Origin: Lingula anatina
Taxonomy: Eukaryota > Animalia > Brachiopoda
DNA length: 64,000 nt
NCBI GenBank assembly: GCA_051362555.1
Contig: CM120644.1
Coordinates: 7,200,954-7,264,953, forward strand
Reading direction: 5' to 3'
A program made the position numbers and the translations under genes. Shown piece after piece: positions 11,139 through 24,900 of this stretch. The notes beneath the pieces were generated by a model. The model was not told the DNA's origin. It did not search any database and was given only the letters and a program-made list of their open reading frames with translations. Every line of letters begins with the position of its first letter. Positions within the stretch are counted from its first letter, which is position 1.

Positions 11139-13654
11139 TTAAGTTCTCGGCCGGGCACACACGGTGAACTTCGGTGGCACGTACACAGAGCCGGTGGTAC
11201 CAACTGGGGCCGGAAGCACCTCTCCATCGGGCACCTGGAACGTGAAAGTGTGCACCAAGGCTGTGAGGATCAGGAACATCTCCGGTTTGGCCAGACTCTC
11301 TCCTGGACAGGAACGCTTGCCTTGAAAAAAAGAAATGGATTCGTTATTTTCAGTTATTCAGTAGTTGTTGAAATGTGTTCAATAGTGTTTAAGAGCGCAT
11401 TCTCAACGAATTAAGCCAGGCTTTACAAAGCCGGTGACCTAAAAATGGCGGACGTACATGAAAGAAAAACCGCCTAATCTTTTAATAGTCTCTCCGCCTC
11501 CCCACACGTTGTCCCTGCGGGGTACAGTAATTAAATCTCGTCTCCGTTCGCCATGCGGAAGCTACCTGAGAAATATTAAGTGCGCATGCTCATCAGTTAA
11601 ACTCGTGGTGAAGAAAGCATGGCGGCTGAAGGCGATCGAAGGAAAAAAGCTCTTCTGTTCTATTGTCTTTGAAAACAGAGACGAAAAAGGAATAATTTGG
11701 CCCGTAGAGCAGCAATGAATCGACTATCTACGGAGATAATATCACCAGAGATATTCACGGAAATATTAATGTTCGGAGCCGAGATTTAATTACTGTATCC
11801 CGCAGGGACGACGTGTGGGGAGGCGTGTGAGAGGCGGAGAGACTATTAAAAGATCAGGCGGTTTTTCTTTCATGTACGTCCGCCATTTTTAGGTCACCGG
11901 CTTTGTAAAGCCTGGCTTAATTCGTTGAGAATGCGCTCTAACATTACTAATTCTGTGCTATCACTTACATTATGCTATTATCACCGTTGTGGCATATGGC
12001 ATGAAGAATGCGTTAATGTGTCAAACAATGTTTGAATTGAATTGCAGCGATTGAGGTCTGAATAAAGAACGGGTTTATTTAATTGAAGGATTCCTTAAGT
12101 ATGATAAGAAAAGAAGCCAACAAGTTTTAAAATAAACATTTTACAACCATGTCTTGCTCCGACAGTGACATAAACAGTTCAATACCTAACGAAAATGGTA
12201 TAAATCCTTCGACTTTTTTCACGTTGCCACAGTCGTCCATAAACCTCATTGGTGGAAAATCGTGAGGATTGGACCAAATCCTTTCGTTCATGAATATTGA
12301 CCAGTAGTTTGCCATAAGTTGAGTTCCCTTGGGTATCAAGTAACCATGAACTCTGATGTCCTGTGTAGCTTTGTGGGGAGCCGAGAACGGTGTTATGTTA
12401 TTACAGCGCTGTATCTCCATTAGGGTAGCGCAAGTGAAGGGAAGCTTTGGTCTGTCTTCAAGTGTTGGGCGACGTGATTTCCCCACAACTTCATCCAACT
12501 CTGATTGGAGCTTCTTGCATACGTCTGGATAAGACAACAAGAAAAGCATCCCCCATGTCAAAGCCGTCGACGTCGTTTCCGATCCAGTAACGTACAATGT
12601 TTGACAATTAGCTTTGAGGTCTTCAGTGTCAAACAGCGACTTTGAGTTCTGGTCGTTCTCGTTTGTTTGGTGCATCATTGTATCAATAAGGCCTCGTGTT
12701 GCCAATGGGTTGTAACCCATTTTGTGCTTTTCCAGAATTCGGTTAACGGCTTCTGCGAAAGCTTCCCAGGCAATTGACAATTTTCGACACTGAGGCAAAA
12801 ACCACAGAAACGGGAGAAAGTTCTGGACGGAGGCTTGACTACTTAATTTGGCTGCGTTGTGATAAGCATTTATTAACGCTTGGAAGTCAGGATCGTCATA
12901 TTCCTGTCTGCTACCAAACAATATGGTCCCTATGACGTTGGATGTGGAAGCACTTACAGCATTGTTGAAATCGAACGGTTGTCCGCTTTTGTGTCTTATG
13001 TATTGGATAAGGGCGTCGATTTCATCTTCTGTGTGCTTTTCCACGTCAAGCTTTGACAGATATTTAATGATAAACTCTCGCTGGCGTTTAAACCCCTTGC
13101 TGTAATCAGCGCACAATATACCTGTAAGATACCAAAATTGCCTTTTCATATATTACGTCTATGGTACAATGTCTTCTGTTGAGAATTTACCTATAACATT
13201 GTATTTTGTCCCTTTTTTCCATTGTAAATCACACTCTCTGTGTCGCCTGTGGATTAATTTTTTTCTTTGAAACCATACGAGATACAAATATCTATAACCT
13301 ACCTTTTCCGCGTAGAAAATCAAAAGTCAGAAGATGCGGCCTGCCAGAAGACAATGCTCCCTTTCTCTGAAACACATCTCGGATAGCTTCATAACCATTC
13401 AACATAACGATTGTTCTGGTTCCCATTTTGACGGTGAATATGTTGCCATACTTTTTAGCCCACTCCATTAAGGTAAGCTGTGGATCCTTCCGAAGAAAGG
13501 GGAGAACGCCTAAAACTGGCACCCCCCATGGTCCCGGGGGCAGGTACACACTCTTGCTGTCCTTCACCAAAATTAGGAAAAGCACCACCAAAAGAAGGCA
13601 TAATAATAGAGTTGTATCTACTAGCTGGCCAACTTGCGTTTCGAGCAAGGCCAT
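11139..13654 (-). CDS. Cytochrome P450 clan 2 gene B, intact; exons 13654-13303, 13121-12186, 11320-11139
   Basis: PPGP, VTGSETT, MEIQR, FSLG|KRSCPGE; phase-1 GT-AG introns at the same positions as the paralogs; no stops seen. Confidence 0.93.
11393..11938. mobile_element. Tourist-like (PIF/Harbinger) MITE, 546 bp, in intron 2 of CYP gene B
   Basis: Near-perfect TIRs of about 140 bp (GAGCGCATTCTCAACGAATTAAGCCAGG...), TAA TSD; the site is empty in gene D intron 2. Confidence 0.92.
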
Positions 13655-14718
13655 TTTGAAAATTACTGCAGCAGCTGCGACCTAAATATTGTCCGTTATC
13701 GGTCGTGTCTGTTTAGTTTTCGGTTTATCGTGTGACATGTACATAACCTTGACACCACGTCGCTGAGACAAGGTACTCAATACGTTCATTAAAGATGCAG
13801 TTTTGAAAAGCCAGTCAAAAGTCGGCTACAGTAAAGTCAAGTCGGCTCTGGGTTCTTTATACCACGCCCCACTTTGCTTAGAAGGTTTTTTTTTAATTTT
13901 TTATGGCATGCTTTTGGTCGTGAATGAACGAGTACGTGAATGCTGTAAACGTTCCCACCTTTCATAAGAAAATATAGTTCAGCTACCGTATGGGACGCTG
14001 AAAGCTACCAGTAGCACACGAACTACAGTGTATACCTTTTACTACAACCTTGCTTCAGCCCATACATGCTGCCTGTCAAGCGGGTATATATATATATATA
14101 GACAGGAGGTTCCGTTTATAAAGAACTAGCTTGTCCCCGGACAGGGTCGATTAACCCACGGCTTCCCACTCTGGAGGATGACACTCTAACGACAAGAAAT
14201 CCAGTCAGTTGTCAGTGGTGATTATATAACAACCACTTTGCTAAGGTAGTGCCACTGTTTGTTTTTAACCAAAATAATTATATTTTCATTCTTGTTGAGG
14301 AAAAAAGAACAGCATGATTCGTTCTGTATGCATTTTATTGATTATTTGTATTGTACTGGAAACCGTTGTAAAGGTAGTAAAAGGGGCCTATTTGTGTTTT
14401 TACCCAATTTATCCTTTTTTATCTTCTTGTTATGGGAGATGAGACCTTCATGACGCACTTTTAATGAGTTTGTTGAAAAATGTTTTTGCGCTTGGAAATG
14501 TGATACCATGTAAGCAGTGCTTAAAACTTTTCTGACACCCTTTGTTGATTCTTTGGAATTATTGGCTAAATCTGATTAATATTGAAATTAAATCCAAACC
14601 ACAATGACCATTTATGTAACACAGAAATATAATATGTAAAGAAAAGGTGATGCTGACATGTTTGAATAATGTTAAGAGCAAACCCCTAATAGTCCTTCGT
14701 GTAAGTTTTATAATCGTA

Positions 14719-16532
14719 TTAGTATTTTGGTCGGGCACACACGGCGAACTTCGGCGACATGTACACAGCGCCAGTGATACCAACTGGGGCCGGAAGCACC
14801 TCTCCATCTGGCACGTGGAACGTGAAAGCGTGCACCAAGGTTGTGAGGATCAGAAACATCTCCGGTCTGGCAAGACTCTCTCCTGGGCAGGAACGCTTGC
14901 CTTGAAAACAATAAGGATATTTTCAGTTCTTCGAATGTGTTTTACAACTAATTTTGCACTTACATGAGACTATTATCAATATTATGGCATGTTTTCAAAT
15001 CATCAGCACATGACATACAAAATGCAAAAATATAACCAACAATACTTGCATTAATTTGCATCAACTTATTTTTGAATAAAAGAACGGGGTTTATTTTATT
15101 GTAAAGATGCTTATGATAAGTATGACAACAAAATTAGCCGTTATTTATTAATTTTAATTTTACACAAATACATTTCTCCGGAAATGGACAATAACAGTTC
15201 AAATACCTAACGAAAATGGTATAAATCCTTCGACTTTTTTCACATTGCCACGGTCGTCAATAAACCTCATCGGTTGAAAGTCGTATGGATTGGGCCAAAC
15301 TGTTTCGTTCATGAATATTGACCAGTAGTTTGCCATAAGTTGAGTCCCCTTGGGTATCAAGTAACCATGAACTCTGATGTCCTGTGTAGCTTTGTGAGGA
15401 ACCGAGAACGGTGATGTGTTATTACAACGCTGGATTTCCATTAGGGTAGCGCAAGTGAAGGGAAGATTTGGCCTGTCATCAAGTGTTGGGCGACGTGATT
15501 TCCCCACGACTTCATCCAACTCTGATTGAAGCTTGTTGCAGACATCTGGATAAGACAACAAGAACAGCATCCCCCATGTCAAAACTGCCGCGACCCTTTC
15601 CGAACCGCTGGCATACAAAGTTTGACAATTACCTTTGACATCATCGAAGTCGAACAATGACCCTTCATTCAAATCGTTCATGTTTATTTGATGCATCATA
15701 GCATCAGTAAGCCCTCGTGTTGCCAATGGCCTGTAACCCTTTTTATGCTTTTCCAGAATTCGGTTAACGGCTTCTGCGAAAGCTTCCCAGGCAATTGACA
15801 ATTTTCTGCACTGAGGCAAAAACCACAGAAACGGAAGAAAGTTCTGGATGGAGGCTTGGCTACTTAGTTTGATCGCGTGGTGGTAGGCATTAATTAACGC
15901 TTGGAAGTCTGGGTCGTCGTATTCCTGTCTGCTGCCAAACAATATGGCCCCTATGATGTTAGATGTGGAAGCACTAACAGCACTGTTGAAGTCGAACGGT
16001 TGTCCGTTTTTGTGCCTTATGTATTGAATAAGAGCGTCGACTTCATCTTCAATGTGCTTTTCCACGTCAAGCTTTGACAAATATTTTATGATAAACTCTC
16101 GCTGTCGTTTAAATGCCTTGTTGTAATCAGCGCATAATATACCTGGAAGATATATAATAATATATATTGATCTCTGTTCAATCATTACGCCTGATCATTC
16201 TGGAACTGTGTTTGATCTGAGGCCATAAAGAGGTTTGATTAAGTCCATAGGTACAGAATGTTTTAGAAGGACTGTCTTGAAATTGTTGGGGAGACATAAT
16301 GAGGGGAAAGAGAAGTGAAAAAGAGAAAAATATCCAGAACACCTCAGAGACGAGCAATTCTACATAGAACGTATGTAAATTAAAGGAATGTCTACCTCTA
16401 CAGTAATATATTGTTGACATGACACTTTCTGTCTTGTCTGTGTTTATTTATTTATTTATTTTAATTTATTATTATCATTATTATTTTTTATTTTATTTTA
16501 TTATTATTTTATTTTATTATTATTATTATTAT

Positions 16533-16573
<41 letters not shown>

Positions 16574-16957
16574 ACACCATAAAGTCAAATTTCTCTGTAA
16601 CCTACCTTTCCCACGGAGAAACCCAAAGGCCGGAAGATGCGGCCTGCCAGAAGATGAGGCTCCCTGTCTCTGAAACACATCTCGGATAGCTTCATAACCG
16701 TTCAATATAACCGTTGTTGTGGTTCCCATTTTGACGGTGAAAATGTTGCCATACTTCTTGGCCCATTTCATCATAGTCAGCTGGGGATCTTTGTCGAGGA
16801 GGGGTAAGACGCCGACAACCGGGAAACCCCACGGGCCAGGAGGGAGGTTGAATCGATCTCGCTGCCTTGCAAGCAAAAGGAGTAAAAGAAATGCCACCGT
16901 GCACAGTACTATTGACATATCAAGAAAATCGCCGTATGATGCTCTCATCGAAGCCAT
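14719..16957 (-). CDS. Cytochrome P450 clan 2 gene C, intact, atypical I-helix (ASGSERVA); exons 16957-16606, 16142-15207, 14900-14719
   Basis: Same exon lengths as gene B (352/936/182 nt), heme motif FSLG|KRSCPGE, ExxR present. Confidence 0.93.
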
Positions 16958-18072
16958 TGCGAAACTGGTATGCGTACCCGTATACGTACAAACATATTAT
17001 GCAGCCATAACATTACGTGACTTGCGTGATGATCGAAATGACGGTAGTCTAATTTTGGATACCTTTGTGTTGCATTGTATACACTTGAAAACATTATGGC
17101 GGTTATAACTATCATGTGATTTTTTTTTTACTTGTCTTCAATGCATTGTAGAGTCGTCTGTTATACAGGTATGCTTATGACTACCAGTATGTGTCTACGT
17201 AACAAAAATAAGCTGCATAGATCAGTTAATATTAACCGAATACCCTGTAGTACAATGTACACAGTCCTTCATGAACCCCGTAGAAAAGGGCCCACTAAGA
17301 GGAAATAATTCTTTAGTTTATAAAATTATGAAAAAGAAAATCAGTAAATTCTTACTAATCTGCATTTATTGATAGTACATATGATTAGTAATGTGCCTTT
17401 TTAACAACTAGAATATTATTGTATAAAAACATTTAACGCTTTCAGAAATAATCAGAAATATATATTAAAATACATATACCAAAATATGATTTTTTCTATA
17501 TACCTTTTACTGCAACCTTGCTTCAGCCCATATTTGCTGCGTGTCAAGCGAGTATATATAGACAGCAGGATAACACTATGACCACATGAAATCAGTTGTC
17601 AGTTGTCAGTGGTGATCATATAACAAGCACCTTGCTAATGTAGTGCCACTGTTTGCTTTTCACCATAAATAGTCATATTTGCATTCTCGCTAAGGAAAAA
17701 AAGAGAACTGCATGTTTCGCTTTGAATGCGTTTTCTTGATTTTTTGCATTGTGCTGGAAACCGTTGTAAATTTATGTTATTGTCATGGGACCTGACGCAC
17801 TTTGAATGAGTTTGATTAAATTTTTTTTGCGCCTGGGAACGTGATACCATGTAAACAGTATTGAAAATTTTTCTGTCACTCTTTGTTCATTCTTTGAAAT
17901 TGTTGGCCAAATCTGATTGATATTGAAATTAGATCCAAATTACAACTACCCTTTATTTAACTCAGGAAAATAATGTTTAATAAAAAGTTGACACAAAACA
18001 TGTATGCTTTTACGACCACTTCCGATATAAATAAGGTTAAGAAGAAACCCCTAATAGTCCTTCATGTAACTT

Positions 18073-20399
18073 TTAGTATCTTGGTCGGGCACACACGCTG
18101 AACTTTGGTGGCACGTACACAGAGCCGGTGGTACCAACTGGGGCCGGAAGCACCTCTCCATGGGGCACGTGGAACGTGAAAGTGTGCACCAAGGCTGTGA
18201 GGATCAGGAACATCTCCGGTCTGGCCAGACTCTCTCCTGGACAGGAACGCTTGCCTTAAAAACAGTAAGGATATAGGTATTTTAGGTTCTTCAATAGTGA
18301 TTTACAATACTAATTTTGTACTAGCACCTACATGAGATTCTTCATCGTTGTGGTATGTTTTCAAAATTTTCGGCAAATTACAAAATAATGCATTGATATA
18401 TCAAACAATGCTTGCATTAAATTGCAGCGATTAAGGTCTAAATAAAGAACGGAGTTTATTTAATCATAGATCTATATGATGAGTATGATAACAAAAGTAG
18501 CCGACAATTCTTTAATATATAAAATTTTACAACCATGTCTTGCTCCGACAGTGACATAAACAGTTCAATACCTAACGAAAATGGTATAAATCCTTCGACA
18601 TTTTTCACGTTTCCACAGTCATCCATAAATCTCATCGGTTGAAAGTCATGAGGATTGGGCCAAACCGGGCCAACGTCCATGAATACTGACCAGTAGTTTG
18701 CCATTAGTTGAGACCCCTTGGGTATCAAGTAGCCATGAACTCTGATGTCCTGTGTAGCTTTGTGGGGAGCCGAGAACGGTATTATGTTATTACAACGCTA
18801 TATTTCCATGAGGCTAGCGCAAGCGAAGGGAAGGTTTGGTCTGTCTTCAAGTGTTGGGCGACGTGATTTCCCCACGACTTTATCCAACTCTGATTGGAGC
18901 TTCTAGCAGATGTCTGAATAAGACAATAGGAAGAGCATGCCCCATGTGAAAGCCGTCGACGTCGTTTCCGATCCAGTAACGTACAGTGTTTGACAATTAG
19001 CTTTGAGGTCTTCAGTGTCAAACAGCGAATTTTCATTCTGCTCCTTCCCGTTTATTTGGTGTATAATTGCATCAATAAGCCCTCGTGTTGCCAATGGGTT
19101 GTAACCCATTTTGTGCTTTTCCAGAATTCGGTTAACGGCTTCTGCGAAAGCTTCCCAGGCAATTGCCAATTTTCGGCACTGAGGCAAAAACCACAGAAAC
19201 GGAAGAAAGTTCTGGATGGAGGCTTCGCTACACAATTTGACTGCGTTGTGGTAGGCATTTATTAGCGCTTGGAAGTCTGGATCGACGTATTCCTGTCTGC
19301 TACCAAACAATATGGCCCCTATGATGTTAGATGTGGAAGCACTAACAGCACTGTTAAAGTCGAACGGTTGTCCGTTTTTGTGCCTTATGTATTGGATAAG
19401 GGCGTCGACTTCATCTTCAATGTGCTTTTCCACGTCAACCTTTGATAAATATTTTATGATAAACTCTCGCTGTCGTTTTAACCCATTGCTGTAATCAGCG
19501 CATAATATACCTAGAAGATAAGACATAACTCTACAAATAAAAAAGGAAGACTGTTTGGTCGAAATTGTATTTGAATTAATGTTTTTGTATTGCGTTGAAA
19601 GGGAAAACGCTCGATTTCATGTTCATCTAAATGCGTATTTTGTTTCTTTTCGAAAGCATAATACCTGGTCATATTGATCACTTTTCAATAATAACATCTG
19701 ATGCATATGGTTCTGGAACTGTGTTTAGTTTGATCTGAGGTCGTAAAGAGGTGTAATTAAGCCTATAGCTAGAGAGTATTTCAGAGAGACTGACTTGAAA
19801 TTGTACGGGAAACATAAATGAGAAGAGAGAGAGAGAGGCGAGAATTAAAGAGAAAAAAGGAGACCCAGAAAACCCTAGCTTTACGGGGTTTCTTGGTATA
19901 GCCCCTCTCTCATAGGTGCTTCCTTCCACAGCGAAGAACAATTTGACATAGAACCTAGCTATAAATAATATTCATCTCTACAGGAATATCTTGTAAGCAT
20001 GACTCCTTTTTCAGACACCATAAATGTTAATAATCTCTATAACCTACCTTTCCCACGGAGAAACCCGAAACTCGGAATATGCGGCCTGCCAGAAGACAAG
20101 GCTCCCTGTTTCTGAAACACATCTCGAATAGCTTCATAACCGTTCAATATAACCGTTGTTGTGGTTCCCATTTTGACGGTGAAAATGTTGCCATACTTCT
20201 TGGCCCATTTCATCATTGTCAGCTGGGGATCTTTGTCGAGGAGGGGTAAAACGCCGACAACAGGGAAACCCCATGGACCAGGAGGGAGGTTAAAACGATC
20301 TCGTTGTCTTGCAAGCCAAAGGAGTAAAAGAAATGCCACCGTGCACAGCACTACTGATATATCAAGAAAATCGCTGTATGATGCCTTCACTGAAGCCAT
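18073..20399 (-). pseudogene. Cytochrome P450 clan 2 gene D with in-frame TAG at 18905-18903; exons 20399-20048, 19510-18572, 18254-18073
   Basis: TGC TAG AAG CTC where gene B has TGC AAG AAG CTC; the frame continues intact after the stop (one extra codon, MDVGPVW), with splice sites and heme motif preserved. Confidence 0.87.
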
Positions 20400-20708
20400 C
20401 TTGTGACTGGTATGCTAGCTTATATACATACAGACATATAACACAGCTACAACGTTACGTGACTTGCGTGATGATCGAAATGACGGTAGTCTAATTTTGG
20501 AAACCTTTGTGTTGCATTGTACAATTGAATACACTATGGGATTTTTTCTCGTCTTCAATACATTTCTGAGTCGACTGCAATATGCGTTTGGCTACCAGTG
20601 CGTGTCTATATAACAAAAATCAGCTGCGTAGACTACGTTATATTAACCGAGTACCCTGTAGTACGTACACAGTCCTTCATGAACCCCTCAGCAAAGGGCC
20701 CACTAACA

Positions 20709-20918
20709 CCCCATTCCCAGAGATTAGATCGATCCAACTAGATCGACCTAACTCCCTGGGGGTTCACGCTAAATAGCTGTCAGCCGAGCGGGCACGAAAG
20801 TTAATTACCCCTTTACAGCTTGTAGTAGGAGGGACGAAAATTTAACCCGGATTATCTGACAGTAATCTAGTGAGATTCCCCACGGGGACCGATCGATCTA
20901 AAATCTATGAGAATGCGC
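20709..20918. mobile_element. MITE (CCCATTCCCAGA family) upstream of CYP gene D
   Basis: Homologous to 40391-40593; absent from the paralogous upstream region of gene C near 17298. Confidence 0.75.
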
Positions 20919-21599
20919 TTATCAAATTATGAAAGAGAAATTCAGTAAATTTATTCTTACCAATCTGCATTTATTGGTAGTACATATGCTTGGTAATGTG
21001 CCTTTTTAACAATTAGGATATAGCTGTAGGCCTACATGTATAGGAACATTTTACACTTTTTAACAATCTTATATATATATAATGTGTGTGTGTGTCTGTT
21101 ATAGTATTATTAGTATTATTTCTCTCAATAAGTTAAATTAATAATAGGCCTACATAAACGTAAGTTAAATAGAAGTTTTCTGAGCACAGCAGCAGAATAC
21201 AACTGTCACCGGAATTTTTTTTAAACAAAGCTGAATGCATTTTTGTCTGCATATTTAAATACACAAATTAAATACCTGAGAGTAAATTATTTAGGTGATA
21301 AAACAAACAAGAATTTTTAGCACGAAACCCAAAGCCATTGTTATTAGACAGAACGAATCAGTAGCCCATCGTATGTGTACCTATTACTGCTTCGCCGATT
21401 CTTCTTTTTTCAGATATAATATATAATTCCTCAATCGGAACAAGCTTACTCTTCAAATATCAAATTCCACCAGACGTTCAAATAAGATTCTAGACACAAA
21501 CGATACAAAAGATGCAGATTCCACTAATTCACGTGAGGATTTGCCACTGAAATTGTGAATAGCCTGACATGGAGTTTATATTGGCCTCAGGTCCCGTTT

Positions 21600-21609
21600 C
21601 CGCCATCTT
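21600..21609 (+). promoter_or_regulatory. YY1-type motif CCGCCATCTT at the probable STK16 promoter/TSS
   Basis: Exact CCGCCATNTT about 310 nt upstream of the STK16 ATG, in a CpG-containing patch. Confidence 0.5.
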
Positions 21610-21911
21610 TTGGTCTGTGGTGACACGTCTCCATAAGTGAGCTAGCTGTATATTTGGTCAAGTTGGCATTTACACGTACGTCTGTAAACATTAGGGCTAT
21701 TTTCGCCGGTTCACTTCTGATTTCCATCATTTGATGCTACACACGAAACTCTTTGTCACCTAAGACTAAAAGTGGAATATGTGAAAGGCCAAATTTATGT
21801 CTAAATGTTCCTTTTATTAATCAAATCATTTCCGTATGTAGAGATGTAATTCCTGCCATTAACGATTGACTTCCCGCTACAGCTGTGCAATATATTGGAA
21901 GAATATCACTG

Positions 21912-24900
21912 ATGAATGCTTATGGACTAAGTATACTGTTGAAGATGGGATGCGTCTGTGGGAAGGAATCCATAAGGATCAACAATGAGAAATATTTTGT
22001 AAGGTCAAGGCTTGGTGAAGGGTAAGTGGAAGGAAAATATATTTAACTTAGAATGATTTACAGCTAAGAAAGGATTACACATACTAGTACATGTACAAAT
22101 GTGTGGTTTACTATAATAGTAATTTCATTTTTATCATTAATTTGGTGTGTGTGTGTGGAAGGGGGGGAGGTAATTAGTCATTTTATGCATGCTTTTGTTT
22201 TAAAATATTTGATGAAAATGTCCATTTAATCAGAAAATTGTTAGCTTTTAAGAAAATCATCTGTGCTTGAACTTAATGATCTGATTGCTTCCTCCATTTT
22301 CAATGAAAAGATTAGAAGAAAATGTTGCTGGTGGTAGAAATCGAAGAAAAGAAGGAATAAATGTACTAGATATGTTGTGACTATACTGTATCGCTAAGCA
22401 TTTTTGGTATACTCCAGTTGTATTTTTATCCATAAGGCTAGGTCATGTTAGAGACAACAGTTAGAGACAAAATATTTATTATTTCAAGAAGCCAGGAAAG
22501 GTAATACTACAGTACATGCAGGAATGCAGATTGAGGCCCGTATGATTAGACAGGGGTGTCTCAATAGTCCGAAGGTTCATTGGTCCGAAGGTTCATTGGT
22601 CCGAAAAGTGGTAACATTTTTATCGATTTTTTAATCAAGGGTTCATTGGTCCAAAGGTTCTATAGTGAACATTCGGACCAATGAACCTTCGGACTATTGA
22701 ACCTTCGGACTATCGCTACGGCCCCGATTTGACTTACATACAGGTTAGGGTTACTTCAAAGGTATCAGAATAAGTAATGGCCAGTGTATATGGGAAATGA
22801 CCTACGCCTCCATGCTATATGTGACACAGCAGCACATTTTTTATTCCCTCCATATTCCAGGGGGTTCAGCGTAGTGGATCTGGTGGAACACACCAGAAGT
22901 CACAGAAAATTTGCACTCAAGCGTATCCAGTGTCACTCCAAGGAAGATGAGAGAGATGCCATGAGAGAGGTGGAGATCTGCCAAGATATCAGCCACCCCA
23001 ATATCATCAAGGTTGAGGACCACATGCTGGTGCCTGTACAGCCTGTGAGTGCCAGCTCTGCAAGGAGTGAATTGTTGGTGTTGTTGCCATTCTTTAGGGT
23101 AAGACTGTGAACAATATTTATAAGGTATTTGCCTATTTTGAGTGCTGTTATGCCCCTTGGCTCTTGATTTATGGATTTCCACCTAATAGCGGCTGCCAGC
23201 ACTGGTGGCTCATATGAGAAAAATATTGTTGTGACACAAATATTTTTTTACACTTTCACTTTAAGAAATGGGCCTAAATATCCCTTACTCAAAATTAATT
23301 TTCTTTGTGAGGCTAGGTACAACTTCCATATGCCCCAATTAAAAACTGACAGTAATCTCAAATTGACTGTCCTCGTGTAAGACAGAGAGTCCTAAAGGCA
23401 GCTTCCCACTTGCCTGGCTAGTGTCTTGATTTATGTGCATGATCTCATTTTGAAATAACTGTACTATAGTAATTTTCTGTCCTGTGCTCGATATTCCAGA
23501 CATTTAATCTCTAGGTAATTGTACCCATGCTTGTTTTATGCTGTTCCAGAGAGGGACCTTACAAGATGAGATAGAGAGGATGGAGAGGAAACATGAACAC
23601 ATTCCAGAGAGCAGGATAATCAAGTTATTTACTGATATATGTGAAGCTGTGAGAGTTCTCCATCACCACCAGCCTCACCCTATAGCACATAGGTAAATCT
23701 AACACTGCCACATCTAACACAATGCCACACCTAACACACTATCACATCCAACACAGTGTGAGAGTTCTTCATCACCACCAGCCTCTTCCTATAACACATA
23801 GGTAAATCTAATTCACTAGTTACATCTAACACATTGTCACAACCAGCACACTCTGAGAGTTGTCCATCCACCGGCAGACTTGCCCTACAGCACACGGGTA
23901 AATCTAATGCTGTCACATCCAACAAAATGCTATAGATCTACCTAACAGACTGTCACTACCTACAACACTGATGTTATAACTACGGTAACTATAGTGACTG
24001 TATAATTCAATGATGAGTGAGAATCCAGTTCAACTGAAAAGATCAAATGAAAAATGTAAATTAATGAGTGAAAGTGTATTAAATGAAGTAATCACGTTCT
24101 TAACAATTATGTATTATCTTGTGTTGAGTAAATGAAAAGAGAAAGAAAAAAATGTTTTGATTAAGAAAAGTTTGTCCACAGGCCGCAGTTGTCACTTGCA
24201 GTATACATGTATTATATAAAAGTACAGTATGAAAATGGCCTAAGTACAAAAAAAAAAAAAAAAAACTAAAAAAAGTATAGACAGAAAAAAACCATTTGAT
24301 TTTTACGAAAAAGTTAGTTTGGCATATTTTGTCACAGAGATCTGAAACCAGGCAATCTCATGCTGGCAGATGATGGCACAGTGGTACTGATGGATTTTGG
24401 ATCTGCTGCCAAAGCAAGGGTAGAAATAAATGGGCACTCTCAGGCATTAGCACTCCAGGTATGTTACTACCATAGGCTTAGGGACCATTCCCAGACCCTG
24501 TCGTACTGTGGATCAATCTACATGTATCTCCGAGGGGATTCTCACTAAATTGCAATCAATTTAAGTGTAATAGATGTCTGGCATGCCTACTGAAGCTGCT
24601 AGAAGGTAATTAATTTTTGTTTAGCAGCTTCAGTAGGCATGCCAGACATCTACGCTGCTTAAGCTGAAAGCAATTTTGTGAGAAAACCCTAGGAGATGGA
24701 TTGATCCTGTTAGATGGATCTAGGTATGGGAACCAAGTCTTTCACATTTGTAAGTCCTTTAATAACTTAAGGTTTTCTGAGAATTTTCTAAGTGTTGCAG
24801 GTTTTTTTAAAATTTCATTTGCTGTATTTCAGTACCCAGTCTCACATTATCTAAAAAGTATGTCTCTAGCCAGCAATTTTAAAAGGGGGTGTGGAGCTCT

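Noticed and set aside
11010-14967. Plus-strand ORFs such as 11010-11414, 13428-13685 and 14647-14967 that recur across the cluster
   Set aside because: Antisense shadows of duplicated CYP exons; their similarity is explained by the sense-strand genes.
16445-16572. Poly-Lys C-terminus of ORF 16532-16957
   Set aside because: Read-through past the exon 1 donor into an intronic poly-T/(TTA)n tract.
602-18905. Genome-wide TAG reassignment or selenocysteine recoding
   Set aside because: TAG serves as the natural stop of CYP gene A, the two internal TAGs replace different residues, intact genes show no internal TAG, and Sec uses TGA.
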